Source: an uncultured Anaerolineaceae bacterium (GTDB lineage Bacteria > Chloroflexota > Anaerolineae > Anaerolineales > E44-bin32). Taken from it: 64,000 bases of DNA. The translations under genes and the position numbers were made by a program. The notes beneath the pieces were generated by a model. The model had not been told where the DNA came from. It saw only the letters and a program-made list of their open reading frames with translations, and did no database searches. Shown piece after piece: positions 9,732-18,347 of the stretch. Position 1 is the first letter of the stretch, and every line of letters starts with the position of its first letter. The stretch spans positions 20,660 through 84,659 of the forward strand of contig CAZBLT010000007.1 in the NCBI GenBank assembly GCA_964492745.1, given 5' to 3'.

Positions 9732-10454
9732 GTGCCCGGGCCCACGCTGGAATTCATCGGCACGATCGTCGCGACCTTGCTGACGATCATGGTTCTGAGC
9801 TATTTAATCGGCGATAACGCCTTCTTCCGTTTGGCAAGCTATCTGTTTGTTGGCGTGGCATCTGGATATGCCGGCGCCATCGCCTGGCACAATGTGATCC
9901 GGCCGGTGCTAGTGGATCCTTTGATCCGTTTTGGGCCGTCCGGCCTGCTCACACGCGAGGGCGTCGGTACGCTGCTGATCCCATGGATCCTATCTCTGCT
10001 GATGCTCCTGAAGCTTTCCCCCAGGACTGCACGATTCGGTGGTCTGCCCGTGGCGCTGGTGGTGGGAGTCGGGGCTGCGGTTGTCGTGGGTGGTGGGATC
10101 ACCGGCACCCTGCTCCCGCAGGCCCTGGCGGCGGGCGAGGCGTTGGGACCGGAGGCCATGATTCCTGCGGTGGGAGAGCCTATCGCTGGCTGGGCAGAGC
10201 GGCTCATCAGTGGCCTGGTGCTCTTCCTGGCGACCTTGAGCACCCTGATGTATTTCCGTTTCGGAGCCCGCCGGGAGGCCACCGGCAGGGTGCATCGATC
10301 CCGATTCACCCAGGGGATGGCCTATATGGGCCGCATATTCATCGCACTCACTTTCGGGGTGATGTACGCCGGTGCCATAACGGCCTCCATTCTAATCCTG
10401 GCCGAAAGAATGCATTTCCTGCGGGATGTGGTGATCGGATGGATGGGCGGATGA
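9732..10454 (+). CDS. Polytopic hypothetical membrane protein
   Basis: About 6 TM helices; LSYLIGDNAFFR...LFVGV and GRIFIALTFG..YAG motifs; within the operon. Confidence 0.8.
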   Translation: MPGPTLEFIGTIVATLLTIMVLSYLIGDNAFFRLASYLFVGVASGYAGAIAWHNVIRPVLVDPLIRFGPSGLLTREGVGTLLIPWILSLLMLLKLSPRTARFGGLPVALVVGVGAAVVVGGGITGTLLPQALAAGEALGPEAMIPAVGEPIAGWAERLISGLVLFLATLSTLMYFRFGARREATGRVHRSRFTQGMAYMGRIFIALTFGVMYAGAITASILILAERMHFLRDVVIGWMGG

Positions 10455-10464
10455 TGGTAACGGC

Positions 10465-12225
10465 ATGAGCGCGATCCTGGAAGCCGAAACCCTCCTGGCG
10501 ATCGATGTGGGCACGGTCAACACCCGCGCCTGTCTTTTCGATGTTGTCGATGGACGCTACCGGCTGATCGCCACGGGCCGAGCACTCACCACCGCGGGTC
10601 CGCCGCTCTTCGATGTCGGCGAGGGGGTGAGGATGGCGCTGGACCAAGTGCAGGCCGTCACCGGACGCCAGATCCTAGATGAATCGGACCTGCCGATCAT
10701 GCCTGTCACCAGTCGCGGGGCGGGCGTGGATCTGCTCGTGAGCACCGCTTCCGCGGGTCCCAAGGTCCGGACTGTATTGGTGGGATTGATGCCCGGCGTT
10801 TCGATGGCCAGCGCCCGTCGCATGGTCACCTCGACCTACCTGGAGTTAGTCGAAGAGGTGAGTTTGCTGGATGGACGCCACGATGACGAGAAGATCGACG
10901 CCATTGCCACTTCCCGACCGGATCTGGTCTTGATCGTGGGCGGGACGGATGGCGGCGCGCGCGAATCGGTCCTCCAGCTCGTGGACCTGGTCGCCGCTGC
11001 GGTGGGATTGATCCCTCGGGCCAAACGCCCCCGCATTATTTACGCCGGCAACAGGAACTTGGGTGCGGCAGTTGCGGAGCGCTTCGGTGAGGGCTTCGAT
11101 GTGGCCCTGGCGCCCAATGCTCGCCCGGGTTTAAGACACGAAAACCTCACTCAGGCACGGCTAGCGATTGGCGAGGCTATCGCCGAAGTGCGCGCCCGGC
11201 AGGTGGGCGGGTTCGAGGAGTTGGACCAGTGGTCCGGCGGATACTCGATGCTCACTGCGGATGCTTATGGGCGTGTGTTCCGCTACCTCAGTCGAATATA
11301 CGACCCCGAGAAGGGGGTGCTCGGCATCGATGTGGGGGCCACCCATACCATGGTCGCAGCGGCCTTTGAGGCCGATCTGCGCCTGAACGTGCAGACCGAT
11401 CTGGGCATCGGAAGCTCGGTGCTCGGGATTCTGCGCCGCAGCAGTCTCGAGAACGTCATGCGCTGGCTCCCCATCGAGATTTCGAAGACCAAGCTCCGCG
11501 ATTTCATCTACAACAAGGCTGCCTATCCCTATACAGTGCCCGCCAGCGCCGAGGAATTGCATCTGGAATTGGCGCTGGCAAGGGAGGTGGTTCATACCGC
11601 CATGCGTTTGGCGCGGCAGGGCTGGCCATCCGGGAAAAATTACGCCTCCGGCGCCCTCCTGCCGCCCATGGAACCGATACTTGCCAGTGGGGCTGTCTTT
11701 GCCCGTGCGCCGCGGCCGGGACTGGCCGCCTTGGCACTCTTGGATGGATTGCAGCCCACGGGCGTGACCACGCTTGTGCTGGATCCGCATGGCCTTTCGC
11801 CAGGGCTAGGCGCCGCCGCGGGGCCGGCCCCACTCTTGACCGTGCATGTGCTCGAATCCGGCAGTTACGTCAGCTTGGGCACGGTGGTTGCACCGGTGGG
11901 ACACGCCAGACCGGGCCGGCGGGTGCTAACGTTGCGTCTGGAACTGGAGCAGGGAGGCGAAGATATCGCCGGTGAAGTACGCATGGGACAACTGGCTGTG
12001 CTGCCCTTGCGGCAGGGGGAGTATGGCCGGCTGACACTGCGCCCCGAGAGGGGCATAGATGTGGGCTTCGGCGGGCCGGGGAAGGCGGGAGCGCTGCGCG
12101 TGGCGGGTGGTGCGGTGGGATTGATCCTCGATGCGCGCGGCCGGCCGCTTCCGCTGGCAAGGGATCCGGGCCTGCGGCGGGAGACCAACGAGAAATGGCT
12201 GTGGGATATCGGAGCGATGGAATGA
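10465..12225 (+). CDS. Glutamate mutase L (GlmL/MutL)-like ASKHA-fold ATPase
   Basis: Two actin/HSP70-type phosphate loops LAIDVGTVNT and LGIDVGATHT; STASAG; PDLVLIVGGTDGG; IYAGN; C-terminal GGAVGLILDARGRPL. Confidence 0.8.
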   Translation: MSAILEAETLLAIDVGTVNTRACLFDVVDGRYRLIATGRALTTAGPPLFDVGEGVRMALDQVQAVTGRQILDESDLPIMPVTSRGAGVDLLVSTASAGPKVRTVLVGLMPGVSMASARRMVTSTYLELVEEVSLLDGRHDDEKIDAIATSRPDLVLIVGGTDGGARESVLQLVDLVAAAVGLIPRAKRPRIIYAGNRNLGAAVAERFGEGFDVALAPNARPGLRHENLTQARLAIGEAIAEVRARQVGGFEELDQWSGGYSMLTADAYGRVFRYLSRIYDPEKGVLGIDVGATHTMVAAAFEADLRLNVQTDLGIGSSVLGILRRSSLENVMRWLPIEISKTKLRDFIYNKAAYPYTVPASAEELHLELALAREVVHTAMRLARQGWPSGKNYASGALLPPMEPILASGAVFARAPRPGLAALALLDGLQPTGVTTLVLDPHGLSPGLGAAAGPAPLLTVHVLESGSYVSLGTVVAPVGHARPGRRVLTLRLELEQGGEDIAGEVRMGQLAVLPLRQGEYGRLTLRPERGIDVGFGGPGKAGALRVAGGAVGLILDARGRPLPLARDPGLRRETNEKWLWDIGAME

Positions 12226-12265
12226 TTTCTGGCACCCTTCTTGCACACCTGGCGGTGTGTGTGCC

Positions 12266-13333
12266 ATGAGCGAATGGTTCTTGCCAGCCATCACGCATGT
12301 GCTGCGGATGACCGTCATTCGCCGGGAGCGCGTGCTCCCCGCACCTGGAGCCATTACCGTTCGGGTGAATGAAAAGGTCCAGGCAGCAGACGTGGTGGGC
12401 GAAGCCGAGGTTCAGGTCCGGCATTATTACCTGGACATCGCGCGCGGCCTGGGGGTGTCGGCCACCCAGGCGGTGAAGCTGATTCGTTGCGGGGAGGGGG
12501 AACGGATCGAAATGGGGGATGTGATCGCAGGACCGGTCGGGGTGGCTAGGCGGAGCGTAAGGGCTCCTGCCGACGGAATGGTGGTGGCCATTCGCAAGGG
12601 CCGTGTGCTGCTTGAAGCGCGAGGAGAGGTGGTTCAAGTGCGGGCCGGATTTCCGGGCGTCGTCATCGCCACAGATGGTTCTCAGGTGGTAACCCTGGAG
12701 GCAACCGGCGCGTTGGTACAAGGCATATGGGGCAATGCCCGCCAGGACTATGGTGTGATGCGCGTAGTGAGCGAAGGCCCTTCCGGGAGCCTGCAAACCG
12801 ATCAATTGGATGTGAACCTGCGGGGCGCCGTGCTGGTTGCAGGGACCTGCGACCACTCCGCCCCGCTGCACCAGGCCACCGAACTTTCGGTGCGTGGTGT
12901 AATTTTGGGTAGCATGAGTTCTGACCTGATTCCCGTAGCCCGCAGGCTTCCATTTCCCATTATGCTCACCGAGGGTTTTGGGCAGCGGCCGATGAATGCC
13001 CCCGCATTCCAGCTCTTCACCAGCAACGTGGGGCGGGAGGTGGCTATCGACGCGGGCACGCCCTGGGCGCAGCCCGGCCAGCGGCCGGAAGCCGTCATCC
13101 CGCTTCCCGCGAGCCGCACGCTCAATATGCCCGAGGAAGTCGTGCCGCTAAAACCCGGTGTTCGTGTAAGGGTGGTGCGGGAGCCACACCTGGGTGAGGT
13201 TGGGGTCGTGAAATCAATTCTGAGAGAGGCGATGCTGTACCCAAGTGGGATACGGGCCCGGACCGTAGAGATTGAGATCGAAGGGCTGGGATCCGCCAGG
13301 GTACCTATGGAGAATGTGGAGATCCTTCAGTGA
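12266..13333 (+). CDS. Conserved hypothetical partner of GlmL-like protein (barrel-sandwich-hybrid repeats, C-terminal KOW-like barrel)
   Basis: RRERVLPAPG.ITVRVNEKV...DVVG, VRAPADGMV, LTEGFG..PM, LKPGVRVRVVREPHLGEVGVV...VPMENVEI. Start at ATG 12266. Confidence 0.75.
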   Translation: MSEWFLPAITHVLRMTVIRRERVLPAPGAITVRVNEKVQAADVVGEAEVQVRHYYLDIARGLGVSATQAVKLIRCGEGERIEMGDVIAGPVGVARRSVRAPADGMVVAIRKGRVLLEARGEVVQVRAGFPGVVIATDGSQVVTLEATGALVQGIWGNARQDYGVMRVVSEGPSGSLQTDQLDVNLRGAVLVAGTCDHSAPLHQATELSVRGVILGSMSSDLIPVARRLPFPIMLTEGFGQRPMNAPAFQLFTSNVGREVAIDAGTPWAQPGQRPEAVIPLPASRTLNMPEEVVPLKPGVRVRVVREPHLGEVGVVKSILREAMLYPSGIRARTVEIEIEGLGSARVPMENVEILQ

Positions 13334-13335
13334 TC

Positions 13336-13985
13336 CGAGCAGGTGATTCGCCGCCAGCCACACAGGCTTGAATCGGCGAATGGCCGCCAGGCTGAGGAGT
13401 AGAAATCATGGCTGAGGAATTCGAAATCGGCGAACCACTACCCGAGGAATCATCGAACCGCACTTTTGTCATCGCCGCGGCTGGACTGGGCGCGCTATTG
13501 GTTCTGAGCATGATCTGCCTTGCGGTCTATGCATTGGTCTTGGCGCCTCGCCAGAGAGCGGCGCAGGCCACTCAGGCGATCGAGATCAACTTGCAGAACA
13601 CGCAGCAAGCGCTGACACAGACGGCGGCGGTCGCGCAGCAAACCCCATCGCGCACGCCCACGCCCACGCGGACGCAAGGGCCCACAGCGACGGCCACTCC
13701 CACCCAGGTGGTGGTCCTGCCAACGAATACCCCCACGCCCTTCCTGACTCTGCCCACACTTTCCCCGGAGACGGCCACCGCCGCCGCCCAGCAGACGCTT
13801 GAGGCTGCGGTGGGGGGTGGAGGCGCGACCCCCTCCGCCACGGCGCTGCCTGCAACCGGTTTCGGCGACGAGGTCAGCGTGCCCTTGATCGCGCTCTTGG
13901 GCGGAGCCCTGGTGGCGGTCATCTTCATCGCCCGAAGCCTGCGCGAGCGAGTGGCCTCGTAACCTCAGCCGCGATCACCTGCTCG
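13336..13985. repeat. Nested long-range inverted repeats bracketing the 13408-13962 CDS
   Basis: CGAGCAGGTGAT (13336-13347) is the reverse complement of ATCACCTGCTCG (13974-13985). GGCTGAGG (13390-13397) is the reverse complement of CCTCAGCC (13963-13970). Confidence 0.8.
13408..13962 (+). CDS. Thr/Pro-rich surface protein with N-terminal TM helix and C-terminal LPXTG-type sorting signal
   Basis: TM helix at about residues 20-46, TPT-rich linker, LPATG followed by a hydrophobic helix and basic tail (ARSLRERVAS). GAGGAG Shine-Dalgarno. Confidence 0.8.
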   Translation: MAEEFEIGEPLPEESSNRTFVIAAAGLGALLVLSMICLAVYALVLAPRQRAAQATQAIEINLQNTQQALTQTAAVAQQTPSRTPTPTRTQGPTATATPTQVVVLPTNTPTPFLTLPTLSPETATAAAQQTLEAAVGGGGATPSATALPATGFGDEVSVPLIALLGGALVAVIFIARSLRERVAS

Positions 13986-14002
13986 TTTCGCGGGTTCCAT
14001 CC

Positions 14003-14031
14003 GGCAGGGTCAGCCTGGGGTTGACCCTGCC
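14003..14031 (+). terminator. Hairpin after the LPXTG gene (probable terminator or processing stem)
   Basis: GGCAGGGTCAGCC / GGTTGACCCTGCC 13-bp stem with one G-U pair. Confidence 0.6.
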
Positions 14032-14049
14032 TTCATATCAGGAGGTTGC

Positions 14050-15372
14050 ATGCCGAAGGTCATAGTCCCCTTTTCAGGATTGAGGCAGGATTTGATCACA
14101 ACCGTAGGGTCCGGCGAATGTGCTTCCATCGTCGGCCTGAGCAATAGCGGGAAATCGATCGTGATGCGCTCGCTGGCCTCACCCCAGGCCAGGAAGCTCT
14201 ATAGCGAACACACTGGCCGAGCGGGCATGCTGGTTTATGTGGATTGCAATCGGGCGGTGTCGATCTCGGCGCAGGCATTCTATGAGGTTGTTCTGCGCTC
14301 GCTACTCGAGGAATTGTCCAAATTGAAAGACCATAGCCTCGTGGAGAAGATCCGCCGCTATCATCAAGTGGTTACCGAGGCCGAAAACGCCTTCGAGGCC
14401 TCCCTCTCCTTCAACCTGGCGCTTTCGGATCTATGCGAAAAGTTGGAACAGGACCTCTGCCTGCTGCTGGACGAGTTTGATGAGATCTACGCCGCATTGG
14501 ATGAGCGCACGCTTCTGAACCTGCGGGCTTTGCGAGATCGGTACGCTGACCAGCTGGTCCTCATCACCGCCACCATCCGCAAGCTTCCCGAAATCCGTAA
14601 CGTCCAGGTGGAAGATGAGTTCGCTGAACTGTTCTCGCGCTTCACCTTCCATATGCCACTCTTGGATGCGGAGGGTTGCAAGGCACTGCTGCAGGAATTG
14701 AAGCTTCCCAGCTTGACGAAGGAGCTGACCGGGGCGGCCATCCGGCTCTCCGGCGGTCATCCAGGCTTGCTGGTGGCCGTGGCGCAGATCTTCGCCAGCA
14801 TGCCGGCGGGGCGGAGGGGGGATCCCCAGGAGTGGGTGCGGACCGAGCCACTCCCCAGGGCCGAATGCCTCAAGCTATGGAATCAGATGACGCCTGAGGA
14901 GCACGCGGCGCTGATCACGCTGGCGCTGGAGCAGGAGGCCGGGATCCCTTCCCAGCAACTGCGCCATCTCCAAGAGCTGGGCGTTGTGCATGAGCGGGAA
15001 CTCTTCTCGCCGATCTTCGCCGAGTTTGTACGCCGCAAGGGGCGGGCGCCCGATACCGAAACGCAGGGCGTGTTCCTCGACGCCGATGCAGGGGATGTGT
15101 GGGTTGATGGCATCCGGGTCCCTGTTCTTACGGATCTCGAATACCGCCTGCTGGAACTGCTCTATGAGCGTCGAGACAAACTTACCGACAAATTTCAGAT
15201 TGTCACGGCCGTGTGGGGTGAGGAATATCTGGGTGAGGTCGATGATGCGCGGGTTGAGAAGCTGATCAGTCGTCTGCGCGCGAAAGTCGAGCCAGACCCT
15301 TCCAATCCTCGCTACATCATCACCCGGCGTGGCCGGGGTTATAAATTGCTCAGTCATCCGAAGGTTGAGTGA
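14050..15372 (+). CDS. P-loop (STAND/AAA-like) ATPase fused to OmpR-type winged-helix DNA-binding domain
   Basis: Walker A GLSNSGKS, Walker B LLLDEFD, SGGHP motif, C-terminal LTDLEYRLL...ISRLRAKVEPDPSNPRYIITRRGRGY. Confidence 0.85.
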   Translation: MPKVIVPFSGLRQDLITTVGSGECASIVGLSNSGKSIVMRSLASPQARKLYSEHTGRAGMLVYVDCNRAVSISAQAFYEVVLRSLLEELSKLKDHSLVEKIRRYHQVVTEAENAFEASLSFNLALSDLCEKLEQDLCLLLDEFDEIYAALDERTLLNLRALRDRYADQLVLITATIRKLPEIRNVQVEDEFAELFSRFTFHMPLLDAEGCKALLQELKLPSLTKELTGAAIRLSGGHPGLLVAVAQIFASMPAGRRGDPQEWVRTEPLPRAECLKLWNQMTPEEHAALITLALEQEAGIPSQQLRHLQELGVVHERELFSPIFAEFVRRKGRAPDTETQGVFLDADAGDVWVDGIRVPVLTDLEYRLLELLYERRDKLTDKFQIVTAVWGEEYLGEVDDARVEKLISRLRAKVEPDPSNPRYIITRRGRGYKLLSHPKVE

Positions 15373-18347
15373 AGGCCGTTCCGAAATCCAAAGGCAGCCT
15401 GATGGACGCACGAGTGCTTGCGTATGATCCCTCGCCCGAAGGGCGGAGGTTGATCCGCCAGGGCCTGTGGTCTCCGGAGGGGGACTGGCGTCTCCTGATT
15501 CGGGCGTCGCTGGAGAAATGCCTTTCGGCCTTGGAGAAGACACCAGTCGACGCGCTGGTCTTGGGCTTGCCGATGGAGCCGGCTCACCTCTTCCAACTGC
15601 TCGCCACAGCACGCAGACTTGCCTTGCCGCCTTTATGGATCGCGCTGGGGGATACTCCCGCCCGCAAGGATTCTGAGGGGTGGATGCAGGTCTCCAAAAG
15701 GTATGAGGGGCTGGAAGATCTCCGCCGGCAGATGCCCGACCTGCTGCGCATCCACCGGCTCATAAACCTCGAGCGCACGCTGACGCTGCCCGGGCCTGCC
15801 GGGGAAGAAAGCGCCGTATGGCGTCTCGTCGATATAGGGCTTGACGGGCTTCGCTGGGCCGGTTTTCAGGCGATGTATTTCGCCATCGACCCGCACTCCC
15901 GGCGATGGACATTGCGCGGCTCGGGCTACCCCGCGGCCATTCGGAATGCCATCATCGAGCTCTCGGCCAGCCTCGGTGGGGTGGCACCGCGTGTGGAAGA
16001 TCTTTCGCCTGGGCTGGCAGATGTGGTCCGGGGCCGGGCAGACATGCAGATCGACTCGCTTGCAGAAGGCCTGCTAGCCATCTTGCCCAAGGAAGCAGCA
16101 GATCGCTTGGAGAAGCTTCTAAGAAGTGAGGGGGTTCACGCGCTGTACATGGCGCCTGTCGCTGGCGAGGGGATACTAGCCATCGGGGAGCGACCAACCG
16201 AGGCCGAGCGATTGGCGTTGCGAGCCTTCTCGGAACATTGGGGCAATCTGCTGCGACAGGCGCGAGCCCTTGACGCGCTCAGCCGCAGGGCACACGCCTT
16301 GGGCGGGTTGCAACAAGTGTCGCTCAAACTCTCCTCGACCCGCGATCCCGATGCGCTTTTGGGAGAAGTTCTTGGGTTGCTCGAACAGGTGGTTCCTTTC
16401 GATGCTGCTGCGGTTCTCATGGAGCAGGGCGGGCGGCTCATAGCGCAAGGTGAATGCTTAAGGCAGTCCGGTTTAAGTGGGCGGATTCTGGGCAAAGCCA
16501 TTGCCAGAGGCGCCGGAAGTTGCATTGATGAAGCCCTGGCTGCTCGATCGCCCCTGCGAGTGGATGATCTGGATGCCCGTTCGGTTGTGGGCGAGGGAGG
16601 TTTGTGGGAGGGGATTCGCTCCTGGCTATGCATCCCTATCTACTGGCAAACCTCTCGGATGGGCGTCTTGCTGCTAGGGGTGGGGGAGCGCGGATATTAT
16701 AGCCAGAGCCATCTCGAAGTTGCGGAGCAGTTCGCCCGCCAATTGGGGGTGGCGCTGGAAAATGCACGGCTGCTTATGACTTTGGCCGAGCGTTCGGAGA
16801 AACTCCATTTGGTAGGCGAAATCGGGCGCTTCGCTGTTTCGATCCTGGACACACAGCAGCTTGCAAGAGAAGTCGCGTTGCGGGTCCTCCAGATCTTTGC
16901 CTGTGATGCGGCTGGCATCATGCTGCTGTCCGATGGGATCCTGCGATCGCATGCCTTCCTGGCCGCGCCGGGTGGGCGCGACCTCAGGGGCATTGCGGAT
17001 CTAGTACTTGCGGAGTTGCCTGCTCTCGCACAGGCCCTGCATGAGAACCGCCCGCTGCGATTGGGGCCAGCATCGGAAGCATGGGATCTCATCCGTCCCT
17101 CCGCGGTTCCAGAAGAGAGCGAGTGCTGGATGATCCCGCTGGCGGCCGCGTCGGAAGTCATGGGTGCCCTCGTTCTCTTTGGTTCGAGGGAGGGGGTCCT
17201 TTCTCCAGAGGAGCTAGATGTGCTGGAAGTCCTCGCCGGCCAGCTGGCGATATCCCTGGTCAATGCCCGCCTCTTCGGGGAGATCAGGGCCCATGCGGCC
17301 CAATTGGAGGTTCGTGTGGCGGCCCGGACCGAAGAGTTGCATGCCGCGAAGGAGCGAACAGAAGCCATTCTGCGTTCCGTGGGCGATCCTGTCTTGGTGC
17401 TCGATTTGCGCGGTGAACTACTGCTGGTAAACCCACGAGCCCAGGCATTGCTCAAAGGCCCTTCCGGCGAGATGCTTATGGATCGAATCCGGCGTCTCCT
17501 GACGGTGGATGGCCAGACCCAGGAAAACCTCGAGGTGGGAGATGCTACCTTGCAGGCGATGGCCTCGCCGGTGGAGTGGAATGGCCGGGCGATTGGAACG
17601 GTGGTCGTGTTGCGGGATATCACCCGCCTGCGGGAGCTGGACAAGTTGAAGAGCCAGTTCGTCGCCAACGTGTCGCATGAGCTGCGCACTCCGCTGACCA
17701 ACATCAAGCTCTATATGGGGCTCCTTCGCCGGGCGCGGGGCGCACGCGTGGAGAAGTACTTCGAAGTCATGGACCGTGAGGCAGCCCGGCTGAGCCAGAT
17801 GATCGAGGATCTGCTGGATATCTCGAGGCTGGAAGCTGGAGAGCGACCTCAACCGGAGGCTTTCTCGCTCGGAGCCCTCCTGGCGGAGATCGCCGAGAAC
17901 CACCGGCCTGCCTGCGTGGATAAGCGATTGGCCTTCGATCTTCACATAGTTCAGGATGTGATGATTGAAGCCGATATGGGCCAGATATTGCGGGTCCTCA
18001 CTAATCTTCTCTCGAATGCCATAGCCTACACGCCCGCCGGCGGCAGGGTCCGATTGGAGCTGGTGGGCGAGGAGAAAATTGAGGGAAAGCCGCACGCTAA
18101 GGTCGTCGTGGAGGATACGGGCATCGGCATCGACAAGGACGACATGCCCCATATCTTTGACCGCTTTTATCGCGGAAGCCTGGCTCGAGAGCATAAAATT
18201 CATGGCAGCGGCTTGGGGCTAGCCATCGTGAAGGAAATCCTGGATAATCATCGCGCCCGCATCGCGGTAGACTCAGAGCCCGGCCAGGGAAGCCGTTTCA
18301 CCCTTTGGCTTCCCTGCGAACAGGAGACAGAACGAACGAATGGATAA
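15369..18347 (+). CDS. Cytoplasmic multi-GAF/PAS sensor histidine kinase
   Basis: Two GAF domains ending ALENARL and SLVNARL, PAS-like domain, H-box VSHELRTPL, N-box NLLSNAI, DTGIGI and GSGLGL. Confidence 0.93.
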   Translation: MKAVPKSKGSLMDARVLAYDPSPEGRRLIRQGLWSPEGDWRLLIRASLEKCLSALEKTPVDALVLGLPMEPAHLFQLLATARRLALPPLWIALGDTPARKDSEGWMQVSKRYEGLEDLRRQMPDLLRIHRLINLERTLTLPGPAGEESAVWRLVDIGLDGLRWAGFQAMYFAIDPHSRRWTLRGSGYPAAIRNAIIELSASLGGVAPRVEDLSPGLADVVRGRADMQIDSLAEGLLAILPKEAADRLEKLLRSEGVHALYMAPVAGEGILAIGERPTEAERLALRAFSEHWGNLLRQARALDALSRRAHALGGLQQVSLKLSSTRDPDALLGEVLGLLEQVVPFDAAAVLMEQGGRLIAQGECLRQSGLSGRILGKAIARGAGSCIDEALAARSPLRVDDLDARSVVGEGGLWEGIRSWLCIPIYWQTSRMGVLLLGVGERGYYSQSHLEVAEQFARQLGVALENARLLMTLAERSEKLHLVGEIGRFAVSILDTQQLAREVALRVLQIFACDAAGIMLLSDGILRSHAFLAAPGGRDLRGIADLVLAELPALAQALHENRPLRLGPASEAWDLIRPSAVPEESECWMIPLAAASEVMGALVLFGSREGVLSPEELDVLEVLAGQLAISLVNARLFGEIRAHAAQLEVRVAARTEELHAAKERTEAILRSVGDPVLVLDLRGELLLVNPRAQALLKGPSGEMLMDRIRRLLTVDGQTQENLEVGDATLQAMASPVEWNGRAIGTVVVLRDITRLRELDKLKSQFVANVSHELRTPLTNIKLYMGLLRRARGARVEKYFEVMDREAARLSQMIEDLLDISRLEAGERPQPEAFSLGALLAEIAENHRPACVDKRLAFDLHIVQDVMIEADMGQILRVLTNLLSNAIAYTPAGGRVRLELVGEEKIEGKPHAKVVVEDTGIGIDKDDMPHIFDRFYRGSLAREHKIHGSGLGLAIVKEILDNHRARIAVDSEPGQGSRFTLWLPCEQETERTNG

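Noticed and set aside
10465-12225. Calling this locus a glutamate mutase or a DNA mismatch-repair MutL
   Set aside because: No B12-binding or mutase subunits nearby, and the motifs are ASKHA-type, not the GHKL ATPase of repair MutL.
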